Assembly: GCF_018350175.1 (NCBI RefSeq)
Contig: NC_058368.1
Location: forward strand, 109,866,001-109,930,000
Direction of reading: 5' to 3'
DNA length: 64,000 bases
Source: Felis catus
Lineage: Eukaryota
In this document: in pieces, positions 13,974-25,825 of the stretch
Numbering within the stretch: position 1 is the stretch's first letter
How the letters are laid out: every line of letters starts with the position of its first letter
Notes under the pieces: generated by a model
Seen by the model: only the letters and a program-made list of their open reading frames with translations
What the model was told of the DNA's origin: nothing
Database searches by the model: none
Program-made: the position numbers and the translations under genes

Positions 13974-14110
13974 TATATCTTTAAACTATCTCAAGTAATA
14001 TTTATAGCTATATCTCTAATAACTCTGATATATATATATATATATCTATATATATATATATATCTTTAAACTATCTCAAGTAATATTTACAGCTATATCT
14101 CTAATAACTC
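13974..14110. repeat. 52-bp direct duplication separated by (TA)n
   Basis: 13974-14025 vs 14059-14110, one mismatch. Confidence 0.9.
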
Positions 14111-15504
14111 AACCTGAAATATTTTCTGATTTCCATTGGGATTTCTTCTTTGACATATGAATTATTTACAAATTTACATTTAACTCTCCAAATGTGTAGA
14201 GGTTCTTGTTACTGATTACTGTTTTATTACTTGCTGCTCAGAGAACATGTTTTGTGATTTTGGTCCTGTGGTATTGAACATTTTTTGTGACATTGTATAT
14301 TGTACATGGTTAGTTTTTCGTATAGTTTGCCGTAAGCTTGAAAAGATTGAATTTTTCTCTAATTGCAGGGTTCTGTATATATCTGTGAATCAAGCGTATT
14401 TATTGTATGGTTCAAATCTTAAATATCTTTATCCATTTTTATTTGCTCAAGACAGTTATTGAAAGAGCTATGTCAAAATCTCCTGAAATGATGGTAAATG
14501 TGTCTGTTCCTCCTTATAACACTATTACATTTGCTTTATATATTTTGAAGCTATGTTTTAAAAATTTATTTTATCTGCCTTGTGAATGGCCACTTTTATC
14601 ATGCAGTAATTGTCTTTATCCCTGATGTTTGTCTTAAGGTCTACTGTCAGGAATTAATATGACCAGAAGAGTTGTAGAATAATTTTTTTTGTGTCTGACT
14701 TGTATTCTAATCCATTGTTTAACCTTTTTAAATGTATGTCTTTTTTTTATTGAGATGGAATTCATACCATAAAAATCACTTTTAAAGTATATAGTTAAGT
14801 GGCTTATAGTATATTCACAGAGTTGTGCAATGACCATCACTATCTATGTCCAGAACATTTTCATCTTCTCCAAAGGAAACACTCCCCATTAGCTGTCAGT
14901 CTCCATTTTCCTCCCTCTTAGCCCTTGGGAACCACACTTACTTTCTATCTTGATGGATTTGCTTTTTCTGGGCATTTCCTGTAAACAGAATCATACAGGA
15001 TGTACCCTGGTGTGTCTGGTTTCTTTCACTTGGCATGATGTTGTCAAGGTTCATCCAGTACTTCATTCTTTTTTCTAGCTGAATAACGTTCCACCTGTGT
15101 GGGGATACTATATATTGTTGGCCCCTTCATCAGCTAATGGACATTTGCTGATGAAGGAGTCAACACTATATAGTGTTTTCCAATCCATTATTTTTATCTC
15201 TGTGTATGCTTGTGTCGTACAGGTTTCTCTTACAAACAACGTAAAACAGAATTATATTCCTAAAACGTAATCTAGTAATCACGTTCAACTGGCAAGCTTC
15301 TTTCGTTGTGATTACAGCCTTTAGGATTTATTTTTAGCCTCTTATTTTGTCATTTCTATTTATTATGCTAGTTCTTTGCCACTTGGATCTCCTCCCTTTT
15401 TGCTTTCTGTTGGATTGATAATTTTTTGTGTGACATTAATTCCCTTTGACTCCATCTATTGGTTTGGAAATCTTACAATTCAGTTTCAAAGCAAAAAAAA
15501 AATC

Positions 15505-15833
15505 TTTCCTTTTTCTTCTTCTCCTTCTTGTTCTCCTCCTCCTCTTCCTCCTCCTCCTCCTGCTGCTGCTGCTTCCTCTTCTTCTTCTTCTTCTTCTTCT
15601 TCTTCTTCTTCTTCTTCTTCTTCTTCTTCTTTTAATGTTTGTTTCTTTTTGACAGAGCTGGAGAGAGACTATGAGAGTGAAAGGGGCAGACAGAGAGGGA
15701 GACACACCATCTAAAGCAGGTTCCAGGCTCTGAGCTGTCAGCACAGAGCCCGCCCTGGGGATCAAACTCACAAACTGGGAGATTATGACCTGCCCTGAAG
15801 TCAGAGGCTTAGCCGACTTAGCCACTCAGGCAC
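15505..15833 (-). mobile_element. Can-SINE whose tail has expanded into compound (GAA)n(GCA)n(GGA)n
   Basis: Consensus body at 15630-15833 and trinucleotide tracts at 15510-15630. Confidence 0.9.
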
Positions 15834-16299
15834 TCCTCTTTCCTTCCTCTGAACAGTGCAAAGACTTCAGGATGTTTAACTTTGGTGACTTCCCTCTATG
15901 TTATGTATTATTGCTGTCCAGTGTTTTAATTTCACTTTGCTTTTCTATCTCTCAGGTTGATAATTCTTACTCTTGGACGTCTCTCCATGTATATATCCTC
16001 ATTGATTAGTTTCTCAAATTTCTTTCCTTCTCAGTGTAGTTTCAGTCTTCTGAAAGTAGACGCTTGATGGTTGTTCTGGTGATAATTCTAGATTAACCTT
16101 CTTTTCCTTTCAGGCATGTTAAGACCTCATCCTGTGATCGTTTGCATTTTCCTATTGCTGTTAAATCTGTCAGTATGACTGCAGTTCTTTCACAGGTGGA
16201 CTGTCTTCTTTCCTGGGTTGCTGTGAAATTCTTCTCTTTGGTGATCTGTCTTACTACAAGTATGGATTTACTTTTTAAAAATTAAAAAAAATTTCATTT

Positions 16300-16503
16300 A
16301 CTTAATTTTTTTTAACATTTATTTATTTTTGAGAGAGAGAGCGTGAGTGGGGGAGGAGCAGAGAGAGACACAGAGTCCAAAGCAGGCTTCAGACTCTAAG
16401 CTGTCAGCACAGAGCCCGACGCAGGGCTCAAACCCATGCACTGGGGGATCATGACCTGAGCCAAAGTCAGACGCCTAACCGACTCAATCACCCAGGTGTC
16501 CCT
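16300..16503 (-). mobile_element. Can-SINE inserted in the poly(A) tail of the twin-primed L1
   Basis: Consensus body lying inside the L1 TSDs. Confidence 0.9.
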
Positions 16504-16643
16504 TTGTTTATTTAGATCCAGGATAGTTCCCATCCAGTGTTATATTAGTTTCCGGTGTGCACTGTAGTGATTTCAGCAATCAGGGGATGGCGGAAATAGG
16601 TGAAAGGGGTCAAGAGTTTGCTTGTTTTGATAAGCGCTGAATG
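16503..16643. mobile_element. Short 5'-inverted (twin-primed) L1 3' end
   Basis: 16503-16580 is the L1 terminus on minus. 16581-16643 is the adjacent upstream L1 3' UTR segment on plus. TSD at 16261-16275 and 16642-16656. Confidence 0.7.
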
Positions 16644-17884
16644 TGGATTTACCTTTACTTTTCCGGCTCCGCGGAGATTTTCTGAGTTTTTTGGCTCATG
16701 GATTCCATCGCTTCTCAGCCATAATTGCTGAACATCACCTATGTCCAAACTCCTAGGTCCTAAGTTGGACTTCTCTATTAGATGGGAGTTGCTATTTTTA
16801 TTTTGTCTGCTCTATTTTTAACCTCTGTCCTAGACCTGCCATCTCTTGATCTCTTTGTGTTCCATTTGGAGCATTTCTGCTGCTCTTGGTCCCAGCGCTA
16901 ATGTGCTCTTGACTGTATTTATTGAACTTTGCGTTTCTCTTTCTCTCTTTTTCATTTATAGAAGTTTCCCTTGGCTCTTTTTCATCTGGGCCTGTTCTCC
17001 TTTTGCAGCTTTTTATTTTTCTTTTGTGATTTTCAATTCCTTCTTTTGATTTTAATCATTTTAAACATGTTTTCTCTCCAACTGTTTTAGTATCTGAAGT
17101 TCTTGTGGGTTTTATCCTGCTGTTTCTTATGTCTTTTGCACCTGGTGGGTTTTCCCTCATGTGGTTGAGTCATTTTTTATTTTGAGCTCATATTCAACAC
17201 AGGTTTATCTTTGAGAATCCTGGATGGCCTGCGTGGAAGGCATGTCCCTTCAGAGTGGTTTTCTATTAGTTTCCATTGTGTGCCTCGCTGGGGCTGCTGC
17301 TCCAGCACTAATTGTTAGGCCCGTTTCTCACTTTGGAGATTCCTGAACCGCAAGGATGGTATAAATTCGAACTCCAAATCTACATGTTGAGTAGGGCCAT
17401 GACTACTCATTTTCAAGAGAGGCTTTTTCCCTCACCCAGATGCAGAGTCCGATGTTTTTCCTTGTTTCTCTGAACCAATGGTAAAATTTTCTCTAGGATC
17501 CTCTTTCCTTGAGAATGTGTCCTGTTGAATATCTCATATTTATTCCAGAAGTTCAGTTTATAGTTCCTCACTTTGCTTGGTTCCCGGGTTTTATTTCTCT
17601 TCCTACTTATGTATCCAAACCCAAATCCCAGTTTGCTCATAATTTATCTTCCGATTTATCTTTCTCTGTGTGGTAGCTTTGGTTTCTTTCAGCTCTGCAT
17701 TTAAGAATATTTGATGTATTTTTTCCAGCATTCCCCAGGTGGGAATAGATTTTTTTTGTGTTGGGGGAACGTGGTTCCCTGTATTGCTGGGAACAGAAGT
17801 CTTTTAAGAAATATTTTAATTTAAGATATAACATAATACAGAAAACTACATATAACACATACTCAATTATTAAAAATAATAATC

Positions 17885-19830
17885 GGGGTGCCTGGGTGGC
17901 TCAGTCACTTGAGTATCTGACTTCAGGTCATGATCTTGCAGTTCATGGGTTCGAGGCCCTCGTCCGGCTCTGTGCTGACGTCTCAGAGCCTGGAGCCTGC
18001 TTCAGATTCTGTGTCTCACTCTCTCTGCCGCTCCCCCACTTATGTGTGCTCTCTCTCTCAAAAATAAATACACATTAAAAGAAAATAATCATCATCACCA
18101 GGTCAGGGAATAGAATATTGTCTTTGTGTATCTTCTCAGCAGTAATCTCTTCTCTTCTCTCATTATTCTGACTTTTGTGAAAGTCTTTTTCTATTTGCCT
18201 CTTCCTAGTTTTGTTACTTCTATGTGTCTCTGACAAAGTACAGTTTAGTTGAGATTTGACTGTTTTTGGACTATACCTATTCTTGTTCAGTGTTAGTTTT
18301 CTGACGCCTCTAATATTGTGTGTAGCTGCACTTAATTCATTTTCATTGCCGTATTCTCTTACGTGAGTGTATCATAATGCGTTTGTCATTCTGCCTGTTG
18401 AAAGACATTGGAGTTGTTTCCAGTGTTTGCCATCACAGCAAATGCTATGGTGACTCTTGATGAACATGTGTCTTTTAAAAAAAATTTTTTTTTAACGCTT
18501 ATTTGTTATTGAGAAACAGAGAGAGATAGAGCATGAGCAGGGAAGGGGCAGAGAGAGGGAGACACAGAATCCAAAGCAGGATCCAGGCTCTGAGCTGTCA
18601 GCACAGAGCCTGACATGGGGCTTGAACTCACAGACTGTGAGATCATGACCTGAGCCGAAGTCAGATGCTTAACTGACTGGGCTACCCAGGCGCCCCTTCA
18701 TGAACATGTGTCTTGCTGCACATGCATGTGGGTCTTTACTGTGCATTTATGTAGGAGTGGAATTGCTGGGGCATGGGTTACACACATCTAAAACTTGTTA
18801 GGATAATGCCTAAAAGTTTTCCAACGCGGATGTGCCGGCGTGGGCTCTGCCAGCCATGGGTGAGTGGTCTTGTTGCTCTCTGTGGTCACCATCATTTGTT
18901 ATTATTAGTCATTTTAATTTTTTCCAGATTGGAATGTATTTGTATCTGAAATACACTGACATTGCTTGATTTTATTTCATTTACTTGATTGCGGATGTGA
19001 CTGAACATCTTTTTATATGTTGGTTGGCTCACTGGGTTTACTTTTTGTTGTTGTGGAAATGAAGGAATATATATATTCTCCTATAACTTAAAAAAAAAGC
19101 TTATTTGTTTTGAGAGGGAGAGAGGGAGCATGAGTAGGGGAGGATCAGAGAGAGAGAGGGAAAGAGAGGATTCCAAGTGCAGAGCCCAATGAGGGGCTTG
19201 AGCTCACGAACCATGAGATCGTGATCTGACCCGAAACCAAGGGTCAGATGCTTAACCGCTGAGCCAGCCATGCGTCCCAAGAGCATACCTTTTAAATTTT
19301 AATGTCGGTAGGCTTATTCATCTTTTTTTGGGGTATCTTTTCAAAAAATTTTTTTCCAACTTTAAAGTCCTAAAGATGTTCTTTATTTTCTTCTAAATGT
19401 TACTTTGTAAAATGTACCCAGAAATGATTTTTTTTTTTTTGTATAGGGTGAAACAGGGTCCACTTCTTTCCCTTAAGGATACCCATTTTCCTTAGTACCA
19501 TTTATTGAAAGAAGTTCATCTTTTTCTCACCAATCTACAATTCTACCCCTGCTATATATAAAATTTCCATGTATTTATATATCTCTTTCTGATTTCTCTA
19601 TTCACTTCCAATCATCTTTCAAAAAAATTTTTTTAATGTTTATTTATTTTGAGAGAAAGAGAGCGTGAGGGGGAGAGGGACAGAGAGAGAGGGAGACACA
19701 GAATCTGAAGCAGGCTCCAGGCTCTGGGCTGTCAGCACAGAGCCCAATGCGGGGCTCGAACTCACCAACTGTGAGACCATGACCTGAGCTGAAGTTGGAC
19801 GCTCAACCGACTGAGCCACGCAGGTGCCCC
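17885..19830. mobile_element. Four Can-SINEs (17885-18080 +, 18485-18696 -, 19100-19278 -, 19628-19830 -)
   Basis: Consensus bodies. The 18485 copy has TSD ATGAACATGTGTCTT. Confidence 0.9.
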
Positions 19831-20353
19831 TACTTCCATTGATCTTTGAGTAATGCTGTTCAATTTCACATTGTCTTAATTATCATACTTTTATATTAAG
19901 TCTTTTATTTGATAAGGCCAGTCCCTCCAAACCTTTTTTTAAAAAAAGAATTTCTTAGTTATTTGTGGCCTTTCAGACTTCTTTATAAATTTTAGAATTA
20001 GCTTGTCACAATTACCTCTTGAAATTATGATTGAGATTGTAATTATTCTGTAAATCATTTGGGGAAAATTGAACATCATTATATTATTAAATCTTCCAGC
20101 TCATCAGCATGGTCTATCTCTCCACTTACTGTCTTCACTGTCTCTCATTTCAAGTTCTCTTCAAAGAGATCTTGTAGATTTTATTGATTTTATTCTTGGG
20201 TACTTTTGGAAAAATGCCATTGTAAAGGGTATCTTTCAAAAGAATAATTTTTATTTTTACTCTTTGTCCTGGTATATAGAAATGTAATTGATTTTGTTGT
20301 ACTCTTGTTTTAATCCAGTAACCTTACTAAACCCTCATAAATTTTAATCATGT

Positions 20354-20395
<42 letters not shown>

Positions 20396-20565
20396 TTTGA
20401 ATTTGCTACCCATTTAATCATATAATCTTGTTTCTTTCTTTCAAATCTTTACACCTTCTAATTAATTTCTTGTCTTATTAATCTGGCTAGGATCACAGTG
20501 TTCGGGGCTGAATTGGAGTGGCAATAGTGGGATCTTTGTCTTGTTCCCTGTCTGAAAGGGAGCAC

Positions 20566-21190
20566 TTTTTTTTTTCCTGTCACAGGTTTGTTTGTCCAAA
20601 CAGCATAGGAGGACCCCAGCCCCGTGCAGACAGAAGACCCAGGGTCACACCGGTCCTTCTTCCTCAGATTGGTAGATAGAGCATTGGAGCCTTTGTGGTG
20701 GCTTGGGCACTTGTGGGAGTCTGAGCTGCAGAACGAGCTGGACCCTGGGCCTCGGTTTGAGCCTTGGCCTTGGCCTTTGACTCGCAGAGCCTGAGACCTT
20801 GACATCGTGGGCATGAACCCATTTCTTGAGCTTGGGGAAAGCAGTGTAGGTAGGTCGACTGAGGTTACAGCTGTCACCCTTTGGGATCTTGGGCTTGGTT
20901 CCTTGGGCTTGACGAGGGCCTAGACAGTTTCGGCACGTGCGCGCTCATGGCCTTGGCATTGTTGGCCTGCATCCTCTTCAGGCCTTTTTGGTTGTGCTTC
21001 TTGGCAAAGAGTATGTTTCTTAAGAATTTTGGGTCTCCTCCCTTAAGGGATTCATATCTTTATGACCAGGTTTTCTTGATGCCATTTCTGTGTCATTTTC
21101 ACGACTGATTGTGTGTGGTGTGGTTCGTGGATCTGGCTGTGCCTGTATTGAAGCCCACCTCTCCTGAAGCACCTCAGTTTGGAAAGCAAA
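20566..21190 (-). pseudogene. RPL29: Processed pseudogene of ribosomal protein L29
   Basis: Minus strand from 21140 reads [64 protein letters not shown], resembling RPL29 [23 protein letters not shown]. The ATG is lost, there are stops and frameshifts, and it is intronless. Poly(A) at 20566-20575. TSD GAAAGGGA(G/A)CACTT at 20554-20567 and 21191-21204. Confidence 0.95.
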
Positions 21191-21264
21191 GAAAGGGAAC
21201 ACTTCAAGTGTTTTACCATGAAGAGGGTTTTCTACAGATTTTCATGTCAGTTAAGAAAGATTCT

Positions 21265-22690
21265 TCATCATCAGGGAAATACAAATCAAAACCACAATGA
21301 GATACAACCTCACACCTGTCAGAATGGCTAACATTACCAACTCAGGCAACAACAGATGTTGGCGAGGACGTGGAGAAAGAGGCTCTCTTTTGCACTGCTG
21401 GTAGGAATGCAAACTGGTGCAGCTGCTCTGGAAAACAGTATGGAGTTTCCTCAAAAAGTTAAAAATAGAGCTACCCTATGACCCAGCAATTGCGCTACTA
21501 GGTATTTATCCACGGGTACAAAAATACAGATTTAAAGGGATACATGCCTGTTTCAGAGGGACATATACACCTCCATGTTTATAGCAGCACTATCGACAAT
21601 AGCCAAAGTATGGAAAGAGCCCAAATGTCCATCAATGGATGAATGCATAAAGAAGATGTGTGTATGTGTGTGTGTATCTATCTACCTATCTATCTATATA
21701 GATATATACACACACACATACACACATACACACACATACATACAAACGTACATACATACATACATACATACATACATACAATGGAGTATTATTCGGCAAT
21801 CAAAAAAAATGAAATCTTGCCATTTACAATTACGTGGATGAAACTGGAGTGTATTATGCTAAGTGAAATTAGAGAAAGACAAATATCATATGACTTCACT
21901 CATATGAGGACTTTAAGAGACAAAACAGATGAACATAAGGGAAGGGAAAACAAAAATAATAAAAAAACAGGGAGGGGGACAAAACAGAAGAGACTCATAA
22001 ATATGGAGAACAAACTGAGGGTTACTGGAGGGGTTGTGCGATGGGGGATGGGCTAAATGGGTAAGGGGCACTAAGGAATCTACTCCTGAAATCGTTGTTG
22101 CACTATATGCTAACTAATTTGGATGTAAATTTGAAGAAATAAAAAATAAAATAAGTTAAAAAAAAAATAAAGGGGCACATGCACGTTGATAGCAACACTA
22201 TCAACAATAGCCAAATTATGGAAAGAGCCAAATGTCCATCAACTGATGATACACACAAATGCAGATATATACAATAGAATATTACATGATGATCAAAAAG
22301 AATGAAATCTTGCCCTTTGCAACAACGTAGATAGAACTAGAGTGTATTATGCTAAGCGAAATAAGTCATTCAAAGAAAGACAAATATCATGTGATTTCAC
22401 TCATGTGGAATTTAAGAAACAATACAGATGAGCATAGGGGAAGGGAAGGAGAAATGAGATAAAAACGGAGAGGGAGGCAACCCATAAGACTCTCTTAAAT
22501 ACAGAGAATGAACTGAGGATTGCTGGAGGGTGTTGGGGGGGGGATTGGCTGAATGGGTGATGGGCATTAAGGAGGGCACTTGTTGGGAGGAGCACTGGGT
22601 GTTTTATTTAAGCAATGAATCACTAAATTCTACTCCTGAAACCAATACTACACGATAGGTTAACTAACTTGAATGTAAATTAAAAAAAAA
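21265..22690 (+). mobile_element. 5'-truncated carnivore L1 3' end containing a second nested L1 3' end (21548-22167)
   Basis: ORF2 C-terminal sequence and 3' UTR occur twice, each followed by poly(A) (22140-22170 and 22682-22690). Confidence 0.85.
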
Positions 22691-23243
22691 TTAAGTATCT
22701 ATAACAAAAGAAAATTTCTTTGTGTTTCTCCTTTGCAAAGAGGAGACCAAGAATGTGAATGAATTTAGTATTTTTTCATTGCTTTTACTACATCTCTTGA
22801 AATGCTCATGTTTTTCCTCCTTAAATTGATATTGTAGTAAATTACATCAATCATTTTTTCCTTGTGTTAAATCAACTTTGCATTTCCAGGATTAATGCAA
22901 CTTGGTCATAATGTGCTATTCTTTTTTTTTAAGTGGCTGTATTCCTTTGCTGATATTTTGTTTAGGATTTTGGAATCTATATTATCAGTAACTAGGCTAG
23001 TAATTTTCCCACTCTTGGGTTGATCCTGTCGATTTTCATATAAAAGAGTTATTCTAGGATCACAACATGAATAGGGAATTATTTTGATTGCTTTCTTTTC
23101 TCAGGATGAGTTTGTATAAATTGGTGTTATATGTTCCTTAAATGTTTGATAGAATTTACTAGTGACACCATCTGGGCTTAGAAGTTTTGAAATTTAAAAA
23201 AAAAATTTGGGGTAATTGTAGGTTCACATGTAGTTGTAAGAAA

Positions 23244-23643
23244 GAAATTGTGGTTTATATACACAATGGAATACTACATGGCAATGAGAAAGAATGAAAT
23301 ATGGCCTTTTGTAGCAAGATGGATGGAACTGGAGAGTGTTATGCTAAGTGAAATAAGTCCTACAGAGAAAGACAGATACCATATGGTTTCACTCTTAGGT
23401 GGATCCTGACAAACTTAACAGAAGACCATGGGGGAGGGAAAGGAAAAAAAAAAAGAGATTAGAGTGGGAGAGAGCCAAAGCATAAGACTCTTAAAAACTG
23501 AGAACAAACTGAGGGTTGATGGGGGGTGGGAGGGAGGGGAGGGTTGGTGATGGGTATTGAGGAGGGCACCTTTTGGAATGAGCACTGGGTGTTGTATGGA
23601 AACCAATTTGACAATAAATTTCTTATTTAAATAAAAAAAAAAA
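23244..23643 (+). mobile_element. 5'-truncated young L1 3' end
   Basis: Close match to the 3' end of the full-length L1, ending in poly(A). Inserted into an older L1MB-like 3' end (gtagttgtaagaaa|...|aatacagagagatcc). Confidence 0.9.
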
Positions 23644-23805
23644 GAATACAGAGAGATCCCATGGACTCTTGATCCAGATTGATCCAAAGGTAATATGTTG
23701 TAAAACTGCAGTACAATACCATGACTACGGTATTGACATTGACACAATCAAGACACAGTATTTATATCACCACCAGGATTTCATGTTTTCCTTTAAAAAA
23801 AAAAC

Positions 23806-24075
23806 TTTTTTTTTAACATTCATTTTTGGGAGACAGAGACAGAGCATGAACAGGGGAGGGGCAGAGAGAGAGGGAGACAAATAATCTGAAACAGGCTCCA
23901 GGCTCTGAGCTGTCAGCATAGAGACTGACATGGGGCTTGAACTCACAAACCAGGAGACCATGACCTGAGCTGAAGTTGGATGCTTAACCGACTGAGCCAC
24001 CCAGGTGCCCCTCATGTTTTACTTTTATTATTGTTATTCTATAAATTCAGAGAGAGCACACAAGTGGGAGAGAAG

Positions 24076-24127
<52 letters not shown>

Positions 24128-24231
24128 CTTAAGCAGGCCCCACTGTAAGGCTCCATCACATGACCCTGGGCTCATGACCTGAGCCAAAATCAAGAATCAG
24201 ATGCTCAACTGACTGAACCACCCAGGTGCCC
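23806..24231 (-). mobile_element. Two Can-SINEs, the second with a long (AG)n tract
   Basis: Consensus bodies at 23806-24011 and 24020-24231. Confidence 0.9.
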
Positions 24232-24249
24232 TGCACATTGTCCTTTTAA

Positions 24250-25480
24250 AACTATTCCCACTTTGCTCCAACCTTCGTACCATTTTTATATCTCTGACAA
24301 CCATTAATCTGTTCTCCAGTTTTGTAATTTTGCCTTTTCAGGAATGTTATATGAATGGAATCATATATGCAGTGTGCAGCCTTTTGATAGTGACTTTTGC
24401 ACTCAGCATCATTCTCTGGAGACTTCTTCACAGTTGTTGCATGTGTCTGCATGTGTCAGAACTTTCTCCACTATACCACTGGGTAGAGTTCCTGGGTCTG
24501 GATGTGTCACAGTTTGTTGAATTGTTCACCCGTTGAAGAACATCTGGGCTACTTCCAGTTTGAGGCTGTTATGAATTAAGGTGCCATTTGTAAATGGGTT
24601 TTTGTGTGAAGATCAGTTCTCGTTTCTGTGGGGTATATGGCCAGGAGTGTAATCAGTGGGTCATATGGTAGTATGTACTACTGATTGAAAACAGCTGAAC
24701 TCCTCGGTGGTTTTCCAGAGTAGCTGCACCATGGTGCGTTCCCATCTACAGTGTGGGAGCTGTCCAGTTCTGTATCCTCAGTAGCATTTGGTGCTGTCAC
24801 TATTTTTTATTTTAGGAGAGTAGTATTTTAGCAATCCTGGTAGGCATATAGTGAGACTTCATTGTGGCTTCCACTGGCATTTCCCTTTTGGGTAATGATG
24901 TTGCACATTTTTTCATGTGTTATTTACCCTGTGTATATCCTCTATGATGAAATGTTTTTGAATTTTGGAATTCATGCCCTCTGTGCATTTTCTAATTGGA
25001 TTGCTTGCTAGTTTACTGTTGATGTTGAGTGTTCTTTGTGTATTGTAGATACTAGTCTTTTGTTGGGTAGATGGTTTGCAAGTGTCTTCTCCCTCTTTAT
25101 AGCTTGTGTTTTCATTATGTTAACAGGATCTTTCACACAGCAAAAGTTTGTAATTTCAGTGAATTCTAGTTTATCAGATTTACCTATATGGATCATGTTT
25201 TTGGCATCAAAAGGTCCTGAAGGGGCCCTAGGTCCTGATGAGTTTCTGCTGTTTTTTTTTAAACTTTGTAGTTTTATCTTTTACATTTAAGTTCATGATC
25301 TGTTCCGACTCAAGCTGAAACTGTTCTACTTCCTCTTCTTCCTCCTCCTCCTCCTCCTCCTCCTCCTTCTCCTTCTCCTCCTCCTCCTCTTTCTTCCTAT
25401 AGGAGTCCAATGGCTTTGGGGCCATTTATTGGAAAGGCTGTCTTTCCTCCATTGAATTGCTTTTGCACCTTTGCAAAATT
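24250..25480 (-). mobile_element. L1MB/MC-type 3' region
   Basis: Antisense ORF2 C-terminal remnants (ORF 25008-25196 NFCCVKDPVNIMKTQA) plus 3' UTR phrases. Confidence 0.75.
25328..25397. repeat. (CCT/CTT)n polypyrimidine microsatellite
   Basis: Direct reading. Confidence 0.9.
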
Positions 25481-25825
25481 CAGCAATGAGAGCATTCCCA
25501 CTCATGTTGCCTCATTCCCAATTACATCATCCAGCGTCCAATCGGGAGGTCAAATCCATACTGTTTGAAGAGCAGAATGTATTATAAATAATTCTTTTTT
25601 TTTTCAATATATGAAATTTATTATCAAAGTGGTTTCCATACAACTCCCAGTGCTCATCCCAAAAGGTGCCCTCCTCAATACCCATCACCCACCCTCCCCT
25701 CCCTCCCATCCCCCATCAACCCTCAGTTTGTTCTCAGTTATTAAGAGTCTCTTATGCTTTGGCTCTCTCCCACTCTAACCTCTTTTTTTTTCCTTCCCCT
25801 CCCCCATGGGTTTCTGTTAAGTCTG

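Larger units (their letters stand above)
9600..20560 (-). mobile_element. Cluster of ancient fragmented L1M elements interrupted by SINEs and an LTR
   Basis: T-rich degenerate antisense ORF2. For example ORF 13158-13343 (LYEAS...PDENSERNENYGSISLMN) resembles L1 FYEAS...[10 protein letters not shown]. Confidence 0.7.

Noticed and set aside
15376..15825. Poly-Ser, poly-Arg and poly-Leu ORFs
   Set aside because: Translations of a trinucleotide-expanded SINE tail.
17885..17960. tRNA genes at SINE heads
   Set aside because: These are the tRNA-derived heads of Can-SINEs and continue into the SINE body and tail.
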